DNA from: Macrostomum lignano
Lineage: Eukaryota
Reading direction: 5' to 3'
DNA: 64,000 nucleotides
Assembly (NCBI GenBank): GCA_002269645.1
Contig: NIVC01002652.1
Location: 62,001-126,000 of the forward strand
Position 1 is the first letter of the stretch. The number at the start of each line of letters is the position of its first letter. The notes beneath the pieces were generated by a model. It was not told where the DNA came from and did no database searches. It was given only the letters and a program-made list of their open reading frames with translations. Positions 1 to 13,917 of the stretch are shown here, one piece after another. The position numbers were made by a program, and so were the translations under genes.

Positions 1-691
1 CACGCACGAGCCCTGAATTTACTGATTACAGGAGTCTTATATTTAGGGGTTGAAAGGCCATTAATTTACAATGGCTGAGCTGTCCGGTCTCATTCACCCC
101 ATCCCAGCCTCCCCAGCCAGTTCCCAGCGCCTCATCAACCAGAAGTTTTTTTGGCAACGCTGGATACGGTGAAGCTGAAATAACAAATTTGCGCAGCAAA
201 ATTAGCGACCAATTCTGCATTGCTTAACAACTGTTAATTTATAAAATTAGTCAGGCCCTTCAGGTGAGCTCCCAGCCTGGGGCTGATAATATCCTCTCAA
301 CTGGGATATCTCAGTCAGTCAGAGAGAGAGGCTGCGATGATGGGGGGCCCAGCCCGAGCAGAACTGATTGAGCTGGAGGGCATTAAACAATCCAGGTTGG
401 CCAAGTGTGTAGCAGGGCCTAGCAGCGGCTTACTCCAGAGGTGAGAGAGTTATTCAGCATCCCTAGGCCGCCTCATCAAGAGCCTGTGAGAGCTCGTCGG
501 CGCCCCCGGGGCAAGCAGCTTCCTGTCAGCGGGACTTCGCATCCGCGGCATAAAAAATAATCAAAATAACAAAAGTAGAGGCAGACACAGAGTTTCACTT
601 GATCTGCGGAGAACTGCGCTAAAATCCCAGCTAATAAACACCCTGACCATGGGATCATCAGCTCTATCAGACTGGAGACAGAGCCTGCTGA

Positions 692-1360
692 GAGTGAATC
701 ACAGCATCAGTAGCGAGTGAATCACAGCATCAGTAGAGAGTGAATCACAGCATCAGTAGAGAGTGAATCACAGCATCAGTAGAGAGTGAATCACAGCGCC
801 AGTAGATAGTGAATCACAGAATTAGTAGAGAGTGAATCACACCGCCAGTAGATAGTGAATCACAGCATCAGTAGAGAGTGAATCACAGCGCCAGTAGAGA
901 GTGAATCACAGCGCCAGTGGAGAGTGAATCACAGCGCCAGTAGAGAGTGAATCACAGCATCAGTAGAGAGTGAATCACAGCATTAGTAGAGAGTGAATCA
1001 CAGCATCAGTAGAGAGTGAATCACAGCATCAGTAGAGAGTGAATCACAGCATCAGTAGAGAGTGAATCACAGCGCCAGTGGAGAGTGAATCACAGCATCA
1101 GTAGAGAGTGAATCACAGCATCAGTAGAAAGTGAATCACAGAATCAGTAGAGAGTGAATCACAGCATCAGTAGAGAGTGAATCACAGTATCAGTAGAGAG
1201 TGAATCACAGCGCCAGTGGAGAGTGAATCACAGCGCCAGTAGAGAGTGAATCACAGCATCAGTAGAGAGTGAATCACAGAATCAGTAGAGAGTGAATCAC
1301 AGCATTAGTAGATAGTGAATCACAGCATAAGTAGAGAGTGAATCACAGCGCCAGTGGAGT
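692..1360. repeat. 23-bp minisatellite (gtgaatcacagcatcagtagaga)n
   Basis: Direct tandem copies with variant units (cagcgccagt, cagaatcagt). Confidence 0.95.
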
Positions 1361-2676
1361 CAGCACTCGCCACTTTGCCAGCCAATAATTTTTCTCAATA
1401 TTCCCCGTCAGATTCCGACTTTCTTTTGTTTTAGCCGCGCGCTCGCGCCCCAGAGTCCCGTCTTCATCCTGCCTTTAATATGCGCTGCCGCCTAGAAGTG
1501 GCGCCACTGATTGCATTTAAAAAAACTGAACCTGGTCTCATGGTTCCTCTTATTTCGTCCCCCTCCTCCCTCACTCTCTCGGACTCTCGTATTGCTAAAA
1601 AATCAATTTCCTCAAAAGCGAAGTGGTGAGTTCAGCCAGGCAGCCAGCCACCCGGGTATTATCCCCGCAAGGCCCAGTTTTCAACCCCCCCTTTTCCCGA
1701 GGATTTTCAAGCCTCCAATCTTCAATCCCAGCCAAGGGGCCAAGTGGCTCGCAGTTGGCGCCACCACATTTGCGCTTATATTTTGGCCGGAGCGGTAAAG
1801 CGCGCCCATATTGACAAATCTCTCTTGTTACACACCTGAAAGATATTGAATTATAACTCCCACACAGGGGGGGGGGGCAACAGCTCAGCGAAAACTTTTT
1901 GCAAGCGCGCGTACAGTTGCTGACTGACTGAGGTCCTGCAGACGGTATTGTGGGCAGGAAGGAAGCGACCTCCTCATATATTGGTCATATTGGCCCCGTG
2001 CTGATCCGGAGCGTGCTGAGACCCCCCCCCCCTTGGCTGCGAGACAATGGCCTCGAGAGCATTTGGGAGGGGGTTGGCGGATAAGCCGAGATTGCGGTTT
2101 ATAAGTTTGAGAGCGAGAATGGCGGACATTGCACTGGGATCGGGGCTGGGCGGGGAGGATATTGGGGAACAGCAGCCAGATTGCTTATCCCCAGAACGGA
2201 TTGACTGACTGTCAATCTTGAGAGCTTTCTTTCGAAAGTAGCTATATTCTCCCAAACAAAGGGAAACCTTATTCATTATTGTAGTCTTTTATCCCGATTC
2301 TGTGTAACACTACAAATTCGAATATATTAGTCTCGCCTACTACTCATAAGCGTTAGTAGTCAGTCTTTCAGACCCTAGCAGAGTGGCAAAACAGACTGCG
2401 AGATTATGCATGCATTTCAGAACGAACAAACGCTAAGGATATTTCCGTATCTGTCAATAAGCAACTCACCCAATATCCTATAATCCTCTTAAGACATTAG
2501 CAAAGCCACTCGGCTTCTGAATTGCCCACTGCCTCCAAGCAGCTTTGATCCACATAGAATTCTCTGCCCAACAGTTGTGGCCTGAGCTGCCCGCAGGTTA
2601 ACAGCTGGGTACAACTGAGGTTTTAGCACACTGCTAATACTGACTGCGGTGCACAGTGCACGCACTGAGATTGACT

Positions 2677-3610
<934 letters not shown>

Positions 3611-4324
3611 TAAAAATTGCAATCCAATTGCCCTACTACAAGTAGATTCACGCGGACCGCACTGAATTTTTTACAGCAGCCCCACACGAACTGCTAATCC
3701 GACTCTCTTCACGGGAAGGCCAATGAAAATCTATCGAAGTCTCAGGCCTGTTGAACTTTCGCGAGCTCGTCATTGAATTTCTGCCCCGGATTAGCGAGCA
3801 GTTGGAATCGAATCCCGGACCCTCATCTGTCCATGAATTAATGCACGGGCAACGAGTCTGCTGCTTCATCAGTTCGGCCGCCGCATGCTGCTCAGGAACT
3901 CTCATTCTCTCCTCCAAGGTTCTGCCAGCGAATGCCAGAGCACAGATGAGTTGAGGAAGTCAAGAGCCAGTCTGGCGGCTAAAGTGTGCGGGAGAGAGTG
4001 CGCATCGATCGTTTCGTGTGGAGAATTCCTTCTAAAAGAGGTGCAGACAGAGGCGCAACGAATCCACGCACCAGATTTGAGCGTCTCCCTGACCTTGAAC
4101 CGACTCTCGGACAGCAGGCATCAGAAACTTTTTTAATAAATATTTTTATAAAACTTCGGCCGGTAATGCCTTTACTGGTTTCGGGCTTTTCTGAGCAGGC
4201 CGCGAACTCTGCAACTTCCGCCTGGGGCTCCCGCTATGCTTCAGACTATAAATTTTTAATGACCTTGACTGGCTGGCGAACCCCACCTGCACTGCACCAG
4301 CTCAACACTCCTGAGTCTGTCTGC

Positions 4325-4835
<511 letters not shown>

Positions 4836-5445
4836 TGTCAGTATCCAGGCCGAGCGCATGTATTGGCTACCTGGTGTTAAAGTGTCGATGGTTTCCTACA
4901 GTTAATTTCCAGGCTTACCTGTACAGAGACAGGCGCATTGCAAGGCAAGATCCAGCAAGTTTTTATTTGCATCGCTTCCCCTTCCAAGATTTGCGTCGTA
5001 TAAATTATAAAAAATAACTTCCTGTTTTGATAACGAGGCTCAGGGCTCACCTTAGACTTCAGCCTAGCTTTCGGGCTGGCTGGCTGCAAGGTGAGGAGGG
5101 CCGTCGCTGAGCTCGCGTGCCTGCACAGCCGCATTGAGCAAACTCAGGATTTCAACTTTAATCGGCATCCAGTCTGTGGATGCAGGACGCCTCATCCTTT
5201 TGTTCATCTGGACGGGCCAGAAGAGACCAGAAACTTCATTCACACGAAAGCAGAACTTAGAACGTAGAGACAAGATGATCGGATTGCTCAATTCAAAAAT
5301 TCCAACTTGACAGCTTTGAAATTTGAAGCGACATTTCATCGCGGATTTCTTGGCTAGTTTCAAGTCACGAGCACTTTGATAAACTCAAATAGTGGGTGCC
5401 GGAAAAGTACAAGCAGTCAAAAACCTGGGACATTTTGGGATAATT

Positions 5446-5451
5446 TTTATT
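5446..5451 (-). terminator. Candidate polyadenylation signal AATAAA for the neuropeptide gene
   Basis: tttatt on the plus strand, about 190 nt downstream of the TAA stop. Confidence 0.35.
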
Positions 5452-5642
5452 GAACACAGAGGTTTTCCTTTGGTTAACAGAATTTGAAGGACTTCGCTCG
5501 GCATCTTGCTCAACCAAGGACAAATTGAGTAGCGACTGCGATGGAGTGCGAATCTGGATACACAGCAAATGGATTTAGTGTTGAGTAATAGTTCCTCAAA
5601 AGCCACAGAGCATCTTGGTGAACTGCTCATTGTCGATCGATC

Positions 5643-6538
5643 TTATTCATAGTTGATCGGGTCGAAGTATCCGCCCCTCGATTGATAGTAGGCCCTCTTC
5701 TTGCCGTAGTTGATGGGATCAAAGTAGGCCCTCTTCTTGCCGTAGTTGATGGGATCAAAGTAGGCCCTCTTCTTGCCGTAGTTGATGGGATCAAAGTAGG
5801 CCCTCTTCTTGCCGTAGTTGATGGGATCAAAGTAGGCCCTCTTCTTGCCGTAGTTGATGGGATCAAAGTAGGCCCTCTTCTTGCCGTAGTTGATGGGATC
5901 AAAGTAGGCCCTCTTCTTGCCGTAGTTGATGGGATCAAAGTAGGCCCTCTTCTTGCCGTAGTTGATGGGATCAAAGTAGGCCCTCTTCTTGCCGTAGTTG
6001 ATGGGATCAAAGTAGGCCCTCTTCTTGCCGTAGTTGATGGGATCAAAGTAGGCCCTCTTCTTGCCGTAGTTGATGGGATCAAAGTAGGCCCTCTTCTTGC
6101 CGTAGTTGATGGGATCAAAGTAGGCCCTCTTCTTGCCGTAGTTGATGGGATCAAAGTAGGCCCTCTTCTTGCCGTAGTTGATGGGATCAAAGTAGGCCTC
6201 TTCTTGCCGTAGTTGATGGGATCAAAGTAGGCCCTCTTCTTGCCGTAGTTGATGGGATCAAAGTAGGCCCTCTTCTTGCCGTAGTTGATGGGATCAAAGT
6301 AGGCCCTCTTCTTGCCGTAGTTGATGGGATCAAAGTAGGCCCTCTTCTTGCCGTAGTTGATGGGATCAAAGTAGGCCCTCTTCTTGCCGTAGTTGATGGG
6401 ATCAAAGTAGGCCCTCTTCTTGCCGTAGTTGATGGGATCAAAGTAGGCCCTCTTCTTGCCGTAGTTGATGGGATCAAAGTAGGCCCTCTTCTCTGCATTA
6501 ACTTCATCTCCATCAGATGACGCATCCTTGATGTCTGT
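5643..6538 (-). CDS. Neuropeptide precursor, exon 2: acidic spacer, 22 x AYFDPINY-GKKR, terminal AYYQSRGGYFDPINYE*; 1-bp deletion at ~6197
   Basis: Acceptor ttgatttctcag|ACA GAC ATC (phase 0). The 36-bp unit encodes peptide + Gly + dibasic site. From 6482 to 5691 is 22x36-1 bp. The final copy uses different synonymous codons for YFDPINY and ends in TAA at 5643-5645. Confidence 0.9.
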
Positions 6539-6957
6539 CTGAGAAATCAAGAGGTTAATTTCTCGTCACCCATGGTTTATGATGTCCAAATTAGGCAAGG
6601 AACAGTCGTTAGATTTAATCTGTAGCCCCCTTGTTAGGTCCCCATAAATAATGAAGATTCTCGAAATTTTCCAAATCGTGCTCAACTACCTGTTCTGAGC
6701 CCCGGCTTCAAAGCCAAAGTCATCAGGCCAGCTGACTAGCTGAAGGCGTGGACAAGAATAATTCTGAAGTATCTAAATCGCGCTGGGAGCCGTTCTTCCT
6801 AACCGGGCGTGCAGTTGACTGACTCAGACGGGGTCGCAGGCTTGATGAAAACTGTGCAGCATTGGGAGTTGGACTGTCCGGCTTAGTGGATCTGGATTGC
6901 GGGTTGGATAGCACTGCAGCTTTATTCGAATCTTGTTAGGAAGGAGAAACCTGCGTC

Positions 6958-8150
6958 CCAGCTCTCTCAGCTGTCTCAGCTCTCTCAGCTCTCTCAGCAC
7001 TCTCAGCTCTCTCAGCTCTCTCAGCTCTCTCTCAGCTCTCTCAGCTCTCTCAGCTGTCTCTCAGCTCTCTCAGCTCTCTCAGCTCTCTCAGCTCTCTCTC
7101 AGCTCTCTCAGCTCTCTCAGCTCTCTCAGCTCTCTCAGCTCTCTCTCAGCTCTCTCAGCTCTCTCAGCTCTCTCAGCTCTCTCAGCTCTCTCAGCACTCT
7201 CAGCTCTCTCAGCTCTCTCTCAGCTCTCTCAGCTCTCTCAGCTCTCTCTCAGCTCTCTCTCAGCTCTCTCAGCTCTCTCTCAGCTCTCTCTCAGCTCTCT
7301 CAGCACTCTCAGCTCTCTTAGCTCTCTCTCAGCTCTCTCAGCTCTCTCAGCTCTCTCTCAGCTCTCTCAGCTCTCTCAGCTCTCTCTCAGCTCTCTCTCA
7401 GCTCTCTCAGCTCTCTCAGCTCTCTCTCAGCTCTCTCAGCTCTCTCAGCTCTCTCAGCTCTCTCAGCTCTCTCTCAGCTCTCTCAGCTCTCTCAGCTCTC
7501 TCAGCTCTCTCTCAGCTCTCTCAGCTCTCTCAGCTCTCTCAGCTCTCTCAGCTCTCTCAGCTCTCTCTCAGCTCTCTCAGCTCTCTCAGCTCTCTCAGCT
7601 CTCTCAGCTCTCTCAGCTCTCTCAGCTCTCTCAGCTCTCTCTCAGCACTCTCAGCTCTCTCAGCTCTCTTTGTCTCGCCACTTGTCTCTCTCCTCTCCCT
7701 CCCTGCCTCTCCTCTCTCCCTCCCTGCCTCTCCTCTCTCCCTCCCTGCCTCTCCTCTCTCCCTCCCTGCCTCTCCTCTCTCCCTCCCTGCCTCTCCTCTC
7801 TCCCTCCCTGCCTCTCCTCTCTCCCTCCCTGCCTCTCCTCTCTCCCTCCCTGCCTCTCCTCTCTCCCTCCCTGCCTCTCCTCTCTCCCTCCCTGCCTCTC
7901 CTCTCTCCCTCCCTGCCTCTCCTCTCTCCCTCCCTGCCTCTCCTCTCTCCCTCCCTGCCTCTCCTCTCTCCCTTTTGTCACTGCCTCTCCTCTCCCTCAC
8001 TGTCTCTCCTCTCTCCCTCACTGCCTCTCCTCTCTCCCTTTTGTCTCTCCTCTCCTTCACTGCCTCTCCTCTCCCTCACTGTCTCTCCTCTCACTCACTG
8101 TCTCTCCTCTCCCTCACTGTCTCTCCTCTCCTTCACTGCCTTTCCTCCCT
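6958..8150. repeat. Compound CT-rich intronic satellite: (ctctcag-type 10/12-mers) then 21-bp (ctccctccctgcctctcctct)
   Basis: Direct tandem repeats inside the neuropeptide gene intron. Confidence 0.95.
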
Positions 8151-8684
8151 CCCTGTGTTTCCACTTTCCCTCTCGTAAAAAGCCATTCCCGGGAGCAGAG
8201 CATTCCGAACGTCACTGCGGTAATGAGAGGCTTTAAGCCTTTTGTTTTCAATTTTGCATTCGACTGCAAAGAGTGAGTAGGTTTTAGTATCGAATTTCTC
8301 TGAACAATACTCGAACATAATAATAATAATATGCTTGAAAGCCCCTAGTTTTTCATCAGGCCTAATAGATACCTTTTACGGTGATGAGGGAGCCAAAAAC
8401 TTTCTGTCCAGGTGGGGGGATCCAGAAGGGCACTGCTTTGTTGTGTTTGACATGTCTCAAAGATTTTTAGAAGGCCTTAGAAGTAAATTAAAAGTTCTAA
8501 TCCCTAACATAAGAATCCTTAGTATCATATGTAAGAAGGGGCAACTTAGAAAATTCCAACATCAAAAGTTTTAAAACTTGCTCGTCAAGTACTTCGTTTT
8601 TTATTTTTAATACGGGCTATGATCAGTTAGGATAACTTGGGTAGAGTTGAGGAAAGAACATGGGTTGGGACAAGGACTCAGGAT

Positions 8685-9090
8685 AGTAGGTGGGATGAGG
8701 ACTAAGGAGAGTAGGTGGGATGAGGACTCAGGAGAGTAGGTGGGATGAGGACTAAAGAGAGTAGGTGGGATGAGGACTCAGGAGAGTAGGTGGGATAAGA
8801 ATTCAGGAGAGTAGGTGGGATGAGGACTAAGGAGAGTAGGTGGGATAAGAATTCAGGAGAGTAGGTGGGATGAGGACTAAGGAGAGTAGGTGGGATAAGA
8901 ATTCAGGAGAGTAGGTGGGATGAGGACTAAGGAGAGTAGGTGGGATGAGGACTCAGGAGAGTAGGTGGGATGAGGACTAAGGAGAGTAGGTGGGATGAGG
9001 ACTCAGGAGAGTAGGTGGGATGAGGACTCAGGAGAGTAGGTGGGATGAGGACTCAGGAGAGTAGGTGGGATGAGGACTCAGGAGAGTAGG
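8685..9090. repeat. 25-bp minisatellite (ggactcaggagagtaggtgggatga)n
   Basis: Tandem copies ending about 50 bp from the exon 1 donor. Confidence 0.95.
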
Positions 9091-9142
9091 TTGGGTACAG
9101 AGGGTCAGTGATGGTGAGGCTCATTGACAATAGAATTCTCAC

Positions 9143-9229
9143 CCTGGACTCCGCAGAAAAAGCGGTGCAGCCCAGCAACAGCAGGAGCAGTAGAACCAGT
9201 GGAGATGTTGAGAAGTTTCGCGAGGCCAT
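9143..9229 (-). CDS. Neuropeptide precursor, exon 1: signal peptide MASRNFSTSPLVLLLLLLLGCTAFSA-ESR
   Basis: ATG at 9229, 29 codons, Leu-rich hydrophobic core and A-F-S-A type cleavage site. Donor AGG|GTGAGA is phase 0 and joins exon 2 in frame. An intervening exon is not excluded. Confidence 0.82.
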
Positions 9230-9434
9230 AGCCGGATGCTGAGACAGATGTCGTTTAAAAAACTCCTAAAACTCAGTCTCCGAGCTGAGAATTCGGCCAG
9301 TGAGTCAGTTTGCTGTTTTATGCAGCTCAGATCAGTCTGACATTCGGCCAGTTGCCGATTGGCTGGCCGATGCGATTGGCTGCACCGCCGAAAATGGCTG
9401 GGTTGAGAGTTGGGGGTGTAGGCTCGGCCTCTCA

Positions 9435-10590
9435 TGGTCTGTCTGATCTGCTGGGTCTGTCTGATCTGTTGGGTCTGTCTGATCTGTTGGGTCTGTCTGA
9501 TCTGTTTGGTCTATCTGATCTGTTGGGTCTGTCTGATCTGTTTGGTCTATCTGATCTGCTGGGTCTATCTGATCTGTTGGGTCTGTCTGATCTATTGGGT
9601 CTGTCTGATCTGTTGGGTCTGTCTGATCTGTTGGGTCTGTCTGATCTGTTTGGTCTATCTGATCTGCTGGGTCTATCTGATCTGTTGGGTCTGTCTGATC
9701 TATTGGGTCTGTCTGATCTGTTGGGTCTATCTGATCTGTTGGGTCTGTCTGATCTGTTGGGTCTATCTGATCTGTTGGGTCTATCTGATCTATTGGGTCT
9801 ATCTGATCTGTTGGGTCTGTCTGATCTGTTGGGTCTATCTGATCTGTTGGGTCTGTCTGATCTGTTGGGTCTGTCTGATCTGTTGGGTCTATCTGATCTG
9901 TTGGGTCTGTCTGATCTGTTGGGTCTGTCTGATCTGTTGGGTCTGTCTGATCTGTTGGGTCTGTCTCATCTGTTGGGTCTATCTGATCTGGGTCTATCTG
10001 ATCTGTTGGGTCTATCTGATCTGTTGGGTCTATCTGATCTGGGTCTATCTGATCTGTTGGGTCTGTCTGATCTGTTGGGTCTGTCTGATCTGTTTGGTCT
10101 ATCTGATCTGTTGGGTCTGTCTGATCTGTTTGGTCTATCTGATCTGCTGGGTCTATCTGATCTGTTGGGTCTATCTGATCTGTTGGGTCTGTCTGATCTG
10201 TTGGGTCTGTCTGATCTGTTGGGTCTGTCTGATCTGTTGGGTCTGTCTCATCTGTTGGGTCTATCTGATCTGGGTCTATCTGATCTGTTGGGTCTATCTG
10301 ATCTGTTGGGTCTATCTGATCTGGGTCTATCTGATCTGTTGGGTCTGTCTGATCTGTTGGGTCTGTCTGATCTGTTTGGTCTATCTGATCTGTTGGGTCT
10401 GTCTGATCTGTTTGGTCTATCTGATCTGCTGGGTCTATCTGATCTGTTGGGTCTGTCTGATCTATTGGGTCTGTCTGATCTGTTGGGTCTGTCTGATCTG
10501 TTGGGTCTGTCTGATCTGTTTGGTCTATCTGATCTGTTGGGTCTATCTGATCTGTTGGGTCTGTCTCATCTGTTGGGTCTATCTGATCTT
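9435..10590. repeat. 18-bp minisatellite (ggtctgtctgatctgttg)n
   Basis: Tandem copies with occasional 15-bp units; source of the GLSDLL ORF. Confidence 0.97.
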
Positions 10591-11554
10591 ACAGTTCTGA
10601 TTTAACCAGAGTGACTTTGTAAGAGCAGCGATCGTGTCCAACACGTGCAGGTTAACCACATTTTCAGCAGACTTCCATTGCCAAATTGCCAATTTACGAT
10701 CGTAGGCTAATCAATATTCATGCGGTTGAGGCCAACAGGGAGTAATTAGTTTAGCGCTGCTGTCTTTTGCAGTACTATTAATAAGAGGACAGCTTATCCA
10801 AAATGAGTTAATCGAATGCAACTAAAATGCCTGGTTGACTACTGCATGCATCTCAGGATTCTCAATCTACAAATGCGCTCTCAGTGGCGTAGAGGCGGAG
10901 GGGCAGTCTGGCTTTTGGCCATAGACAAAAATATCTACTAATTAATGAACTAACTTTCTAAATTAATAACTATTTTAATTGACTGTTTTTGGCACTTTAA
11001 TGACCTGATCCGTGGCAACGCTGCATCTTTTAATTTTTCTGCTTGGTCTTGATTTTCTTCACTTTGATAACTTTGTTTTTTTATTCTTAAAAATTTTATG
11101 GGCATGATAGGCTATATAGTTACATAATATGGCACAATAGCAATAGGAATGATTACGAGCATCCTACTGAGTCCTCCGCACATGCAAGCGCGCCAATACT
11201 GTACGCAGGCACAGCACTCGTACACACGCTCACACAGGGTGTACAGCAGCATTTTGACTTTCTAATCGTCAGGCATTGTACACTCTTTGTGCCATTTTTA
11301 ATTTTTCACTTTTTCAATTAAAGGTTGACAACGAGCGAGTCACCATCACGGCCAGGTCCATCCCAGCGACCTGTTGCGCCGACGGCGACCCCAGCTGGCA
11401 TGCCACGTCATCCGCTCCGAGTCGCGGTGCTCACAGCCGGAGCAGGAGGTTCTGCTGCTGAAGCTGCGACTTCCTGTTGGTGGACGCCGACGCACCGGAA
11501 TTCTGTCGGATAAATGGCCTACGTTTGACAGCGTATTTTCTTTTTGTTTTACTT

Positions 11555-12195
<641 letters not shown>

Positions 12196-12271
12196 TGCCA
12201 GCCACCTTTCATCAACGGCTAGAGGCCTCCTCCCTGGCCTCCCATGGCGGGTGACCTCGCCAGCATTCCTA

Positions 12272-12520
12272 GTCGTAGTATTTCAGAGCTTCTTCCAGTT
12301 GCTCACAAACCGCCTGAAGGCCACTGCAACACCACGCCCTCCTTCCATCCGTCGCCGGGCAGTCCCAGACATGCTGCATTGTCTCGTCTTCCATGTCGCA
12401 ACACCGGCATAAGCTTTCGTCCTGGAGCCCTATCCTGTAGGCCGCCAATTCGATCGAGTGGCCTGTGCGCATGTTCCTGATGATGGACTGACGACGAGTC
12501 AAGTGAAGACGGACTTTGAA
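12272..12520 (-). mobile_element. 3'-terminal relic of a non-LTR retrotransposon (LINE) ORF2, C-terminal CCHC knuckle region
   Basis: Translation RTGHSIELAAYRIGLQDESLCRCCDMEDETMQHVWDCPA fits the RTGH...RIG...C..C...ET..H...CP motif found after RT/RNase H in I/R1-group LINEs. Confidence 0.75.
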
Positions 12521-13374
12521 GTCGTTGATTTTTAAAAATCTAAGTAACTTTTTACAGTGTGCCTCATCTATTAACACAATCATTAAAGTTTTTGTCTAAC
12601 TTTCATCGCATAATTGCGATTGATTGGAAAAAGTCAAACCTCTAGTGAACAATAATTGCTTTACTAATTTTAAATTCAAAGTAGGTCGACTTTAAATGTC
12701 GAATCTGAAGGCACGAGAAAGTTGCGGCTCAAGTGTGAGATGCAGCGACTCCGCCTGATTCAGGTGGTCAGCGCGTTGCTATGCACACAGTTTTTTACAG
12801 CACTGGCAAAGCTCAGTGTACACCCAGCAGCACCGCACACTCCCCCCCCAGATAGTGTGCATGCACTCTGCTGTGCCATGCAGAGGCTGACACAATGAGC
12901 TCACAGGTAAGGGGCAGGGGCAGGTGAGAGGCGGGTTTGGGCAGACTGAAAGCATTAAAAAGCAGGTTTTGGCAGACTGGCGATGCCACAAAGCAGAGTT
13001 TTGAGCCTACCTCAATTAATCCACTTCTTCTGCGAAGTGTATCGGTAAGTTTTCGAACCATATTGTCTGTTTGAATCGACTCTTAAGTCGATAATCCATC
13101 AAATCCGCATCTGTTCGCACGATTAAAATTATCCAAGTTTGTTCCATGGAGTTGAATTACACATTTGCTTCATATGACAAGGTTTGAAAAGACTTCATTA
13201 GGCACTTATGTCTGCACAGTTCTCAATCTGCATTCAGTAATCTGAGCTGTCGAACTTGAGTTCCCTTCCAGTTCGGCTTATCTTAACTGCTAGAGTTGCA
13301 CTTTTTTCTTTCTTTTGTAGCGGATGTACTCAGTTATGAACAGAAGAACTCACGCATAAGCTTCGCCACGAACT

Positions 13375-13890
13375 TACTCATAAGCTCCCCCATGAACCCA
13401 CTCATAAGCTCCCCCGTGAACCCACTCAAAAGCTCCACCATGAACCCACTCAAAGCTCCCCGTGAACTCACTCATAAAGCTCCCCGTGAACTCACTCATA
13501 AAGCTCCATCATGAACTCACTCATAAAGCTCCACCATGAACTCACTCATAAAGCTCCCCCGTGAACTCACTCATAAAGCTCCACCATGAACTCACTCATA
13601 AGCTCCATCATGAACTCACTCATAAAGCTCCCCGTGAACTCACTCATAAAGCTCCATCATGAACTCACTCATAAAGCTCCCCGTGAACTCACTCATAAAG
13701 CTCCACCATGAACTCACTCATAAATCTCCATCATGAACTCACTCATAAAGCTTCACCATGAACTCACTCATAAGCTCCACCATGAACTCACTCATAAGCT
13801 CCACCATGAACTCACTCATAAGCTCCACCATGAACTCACTCATAAGCTCCACCATGAGCTCACTCATAAAGCTCCACAAAGAACTCCCTC
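13375..13890. repeat. ~25-bp minisatellite (catgaactcactcataaagctccac)n
   Basis: Tandem copies directly upstream of the acceptor ctcctacag that precedes the 13918 ORF. Confidence 0.93.
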
Positions 13891-13917
13891 ACAAACTCCT
13901 ACAGCTAACAACCAGCA

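Noticed and set aside
26-2640. Short ORFs and scattered splice-like sites in 26-660 and 1500-2640
   Set aside because: No consistent open frame or recognisable domain could be assembled.
5682-6212. Plus-strand hydrophobic ORF (VGPLLAVVDGIK)n
   Set aside because: Antisense shadow of the neuropeptide repeat.
5690-6490. 36-bp repeats as a CRISPR array (also considered for 29885-31075 and 31365-37330)
   Set aside because: The units are directly adjacent with no unique spacers, there are no cas genes, and the context is eukaryotic. The 36-bp array is better explained as a coding exon.
6690-6950. Possible middle exon of the neuropeptide gene
   Set aside because: The candidate donor at 6690 gives a stop or the wrong phase when joined between exons 1 and 2, and direct phase-0 joining already works.
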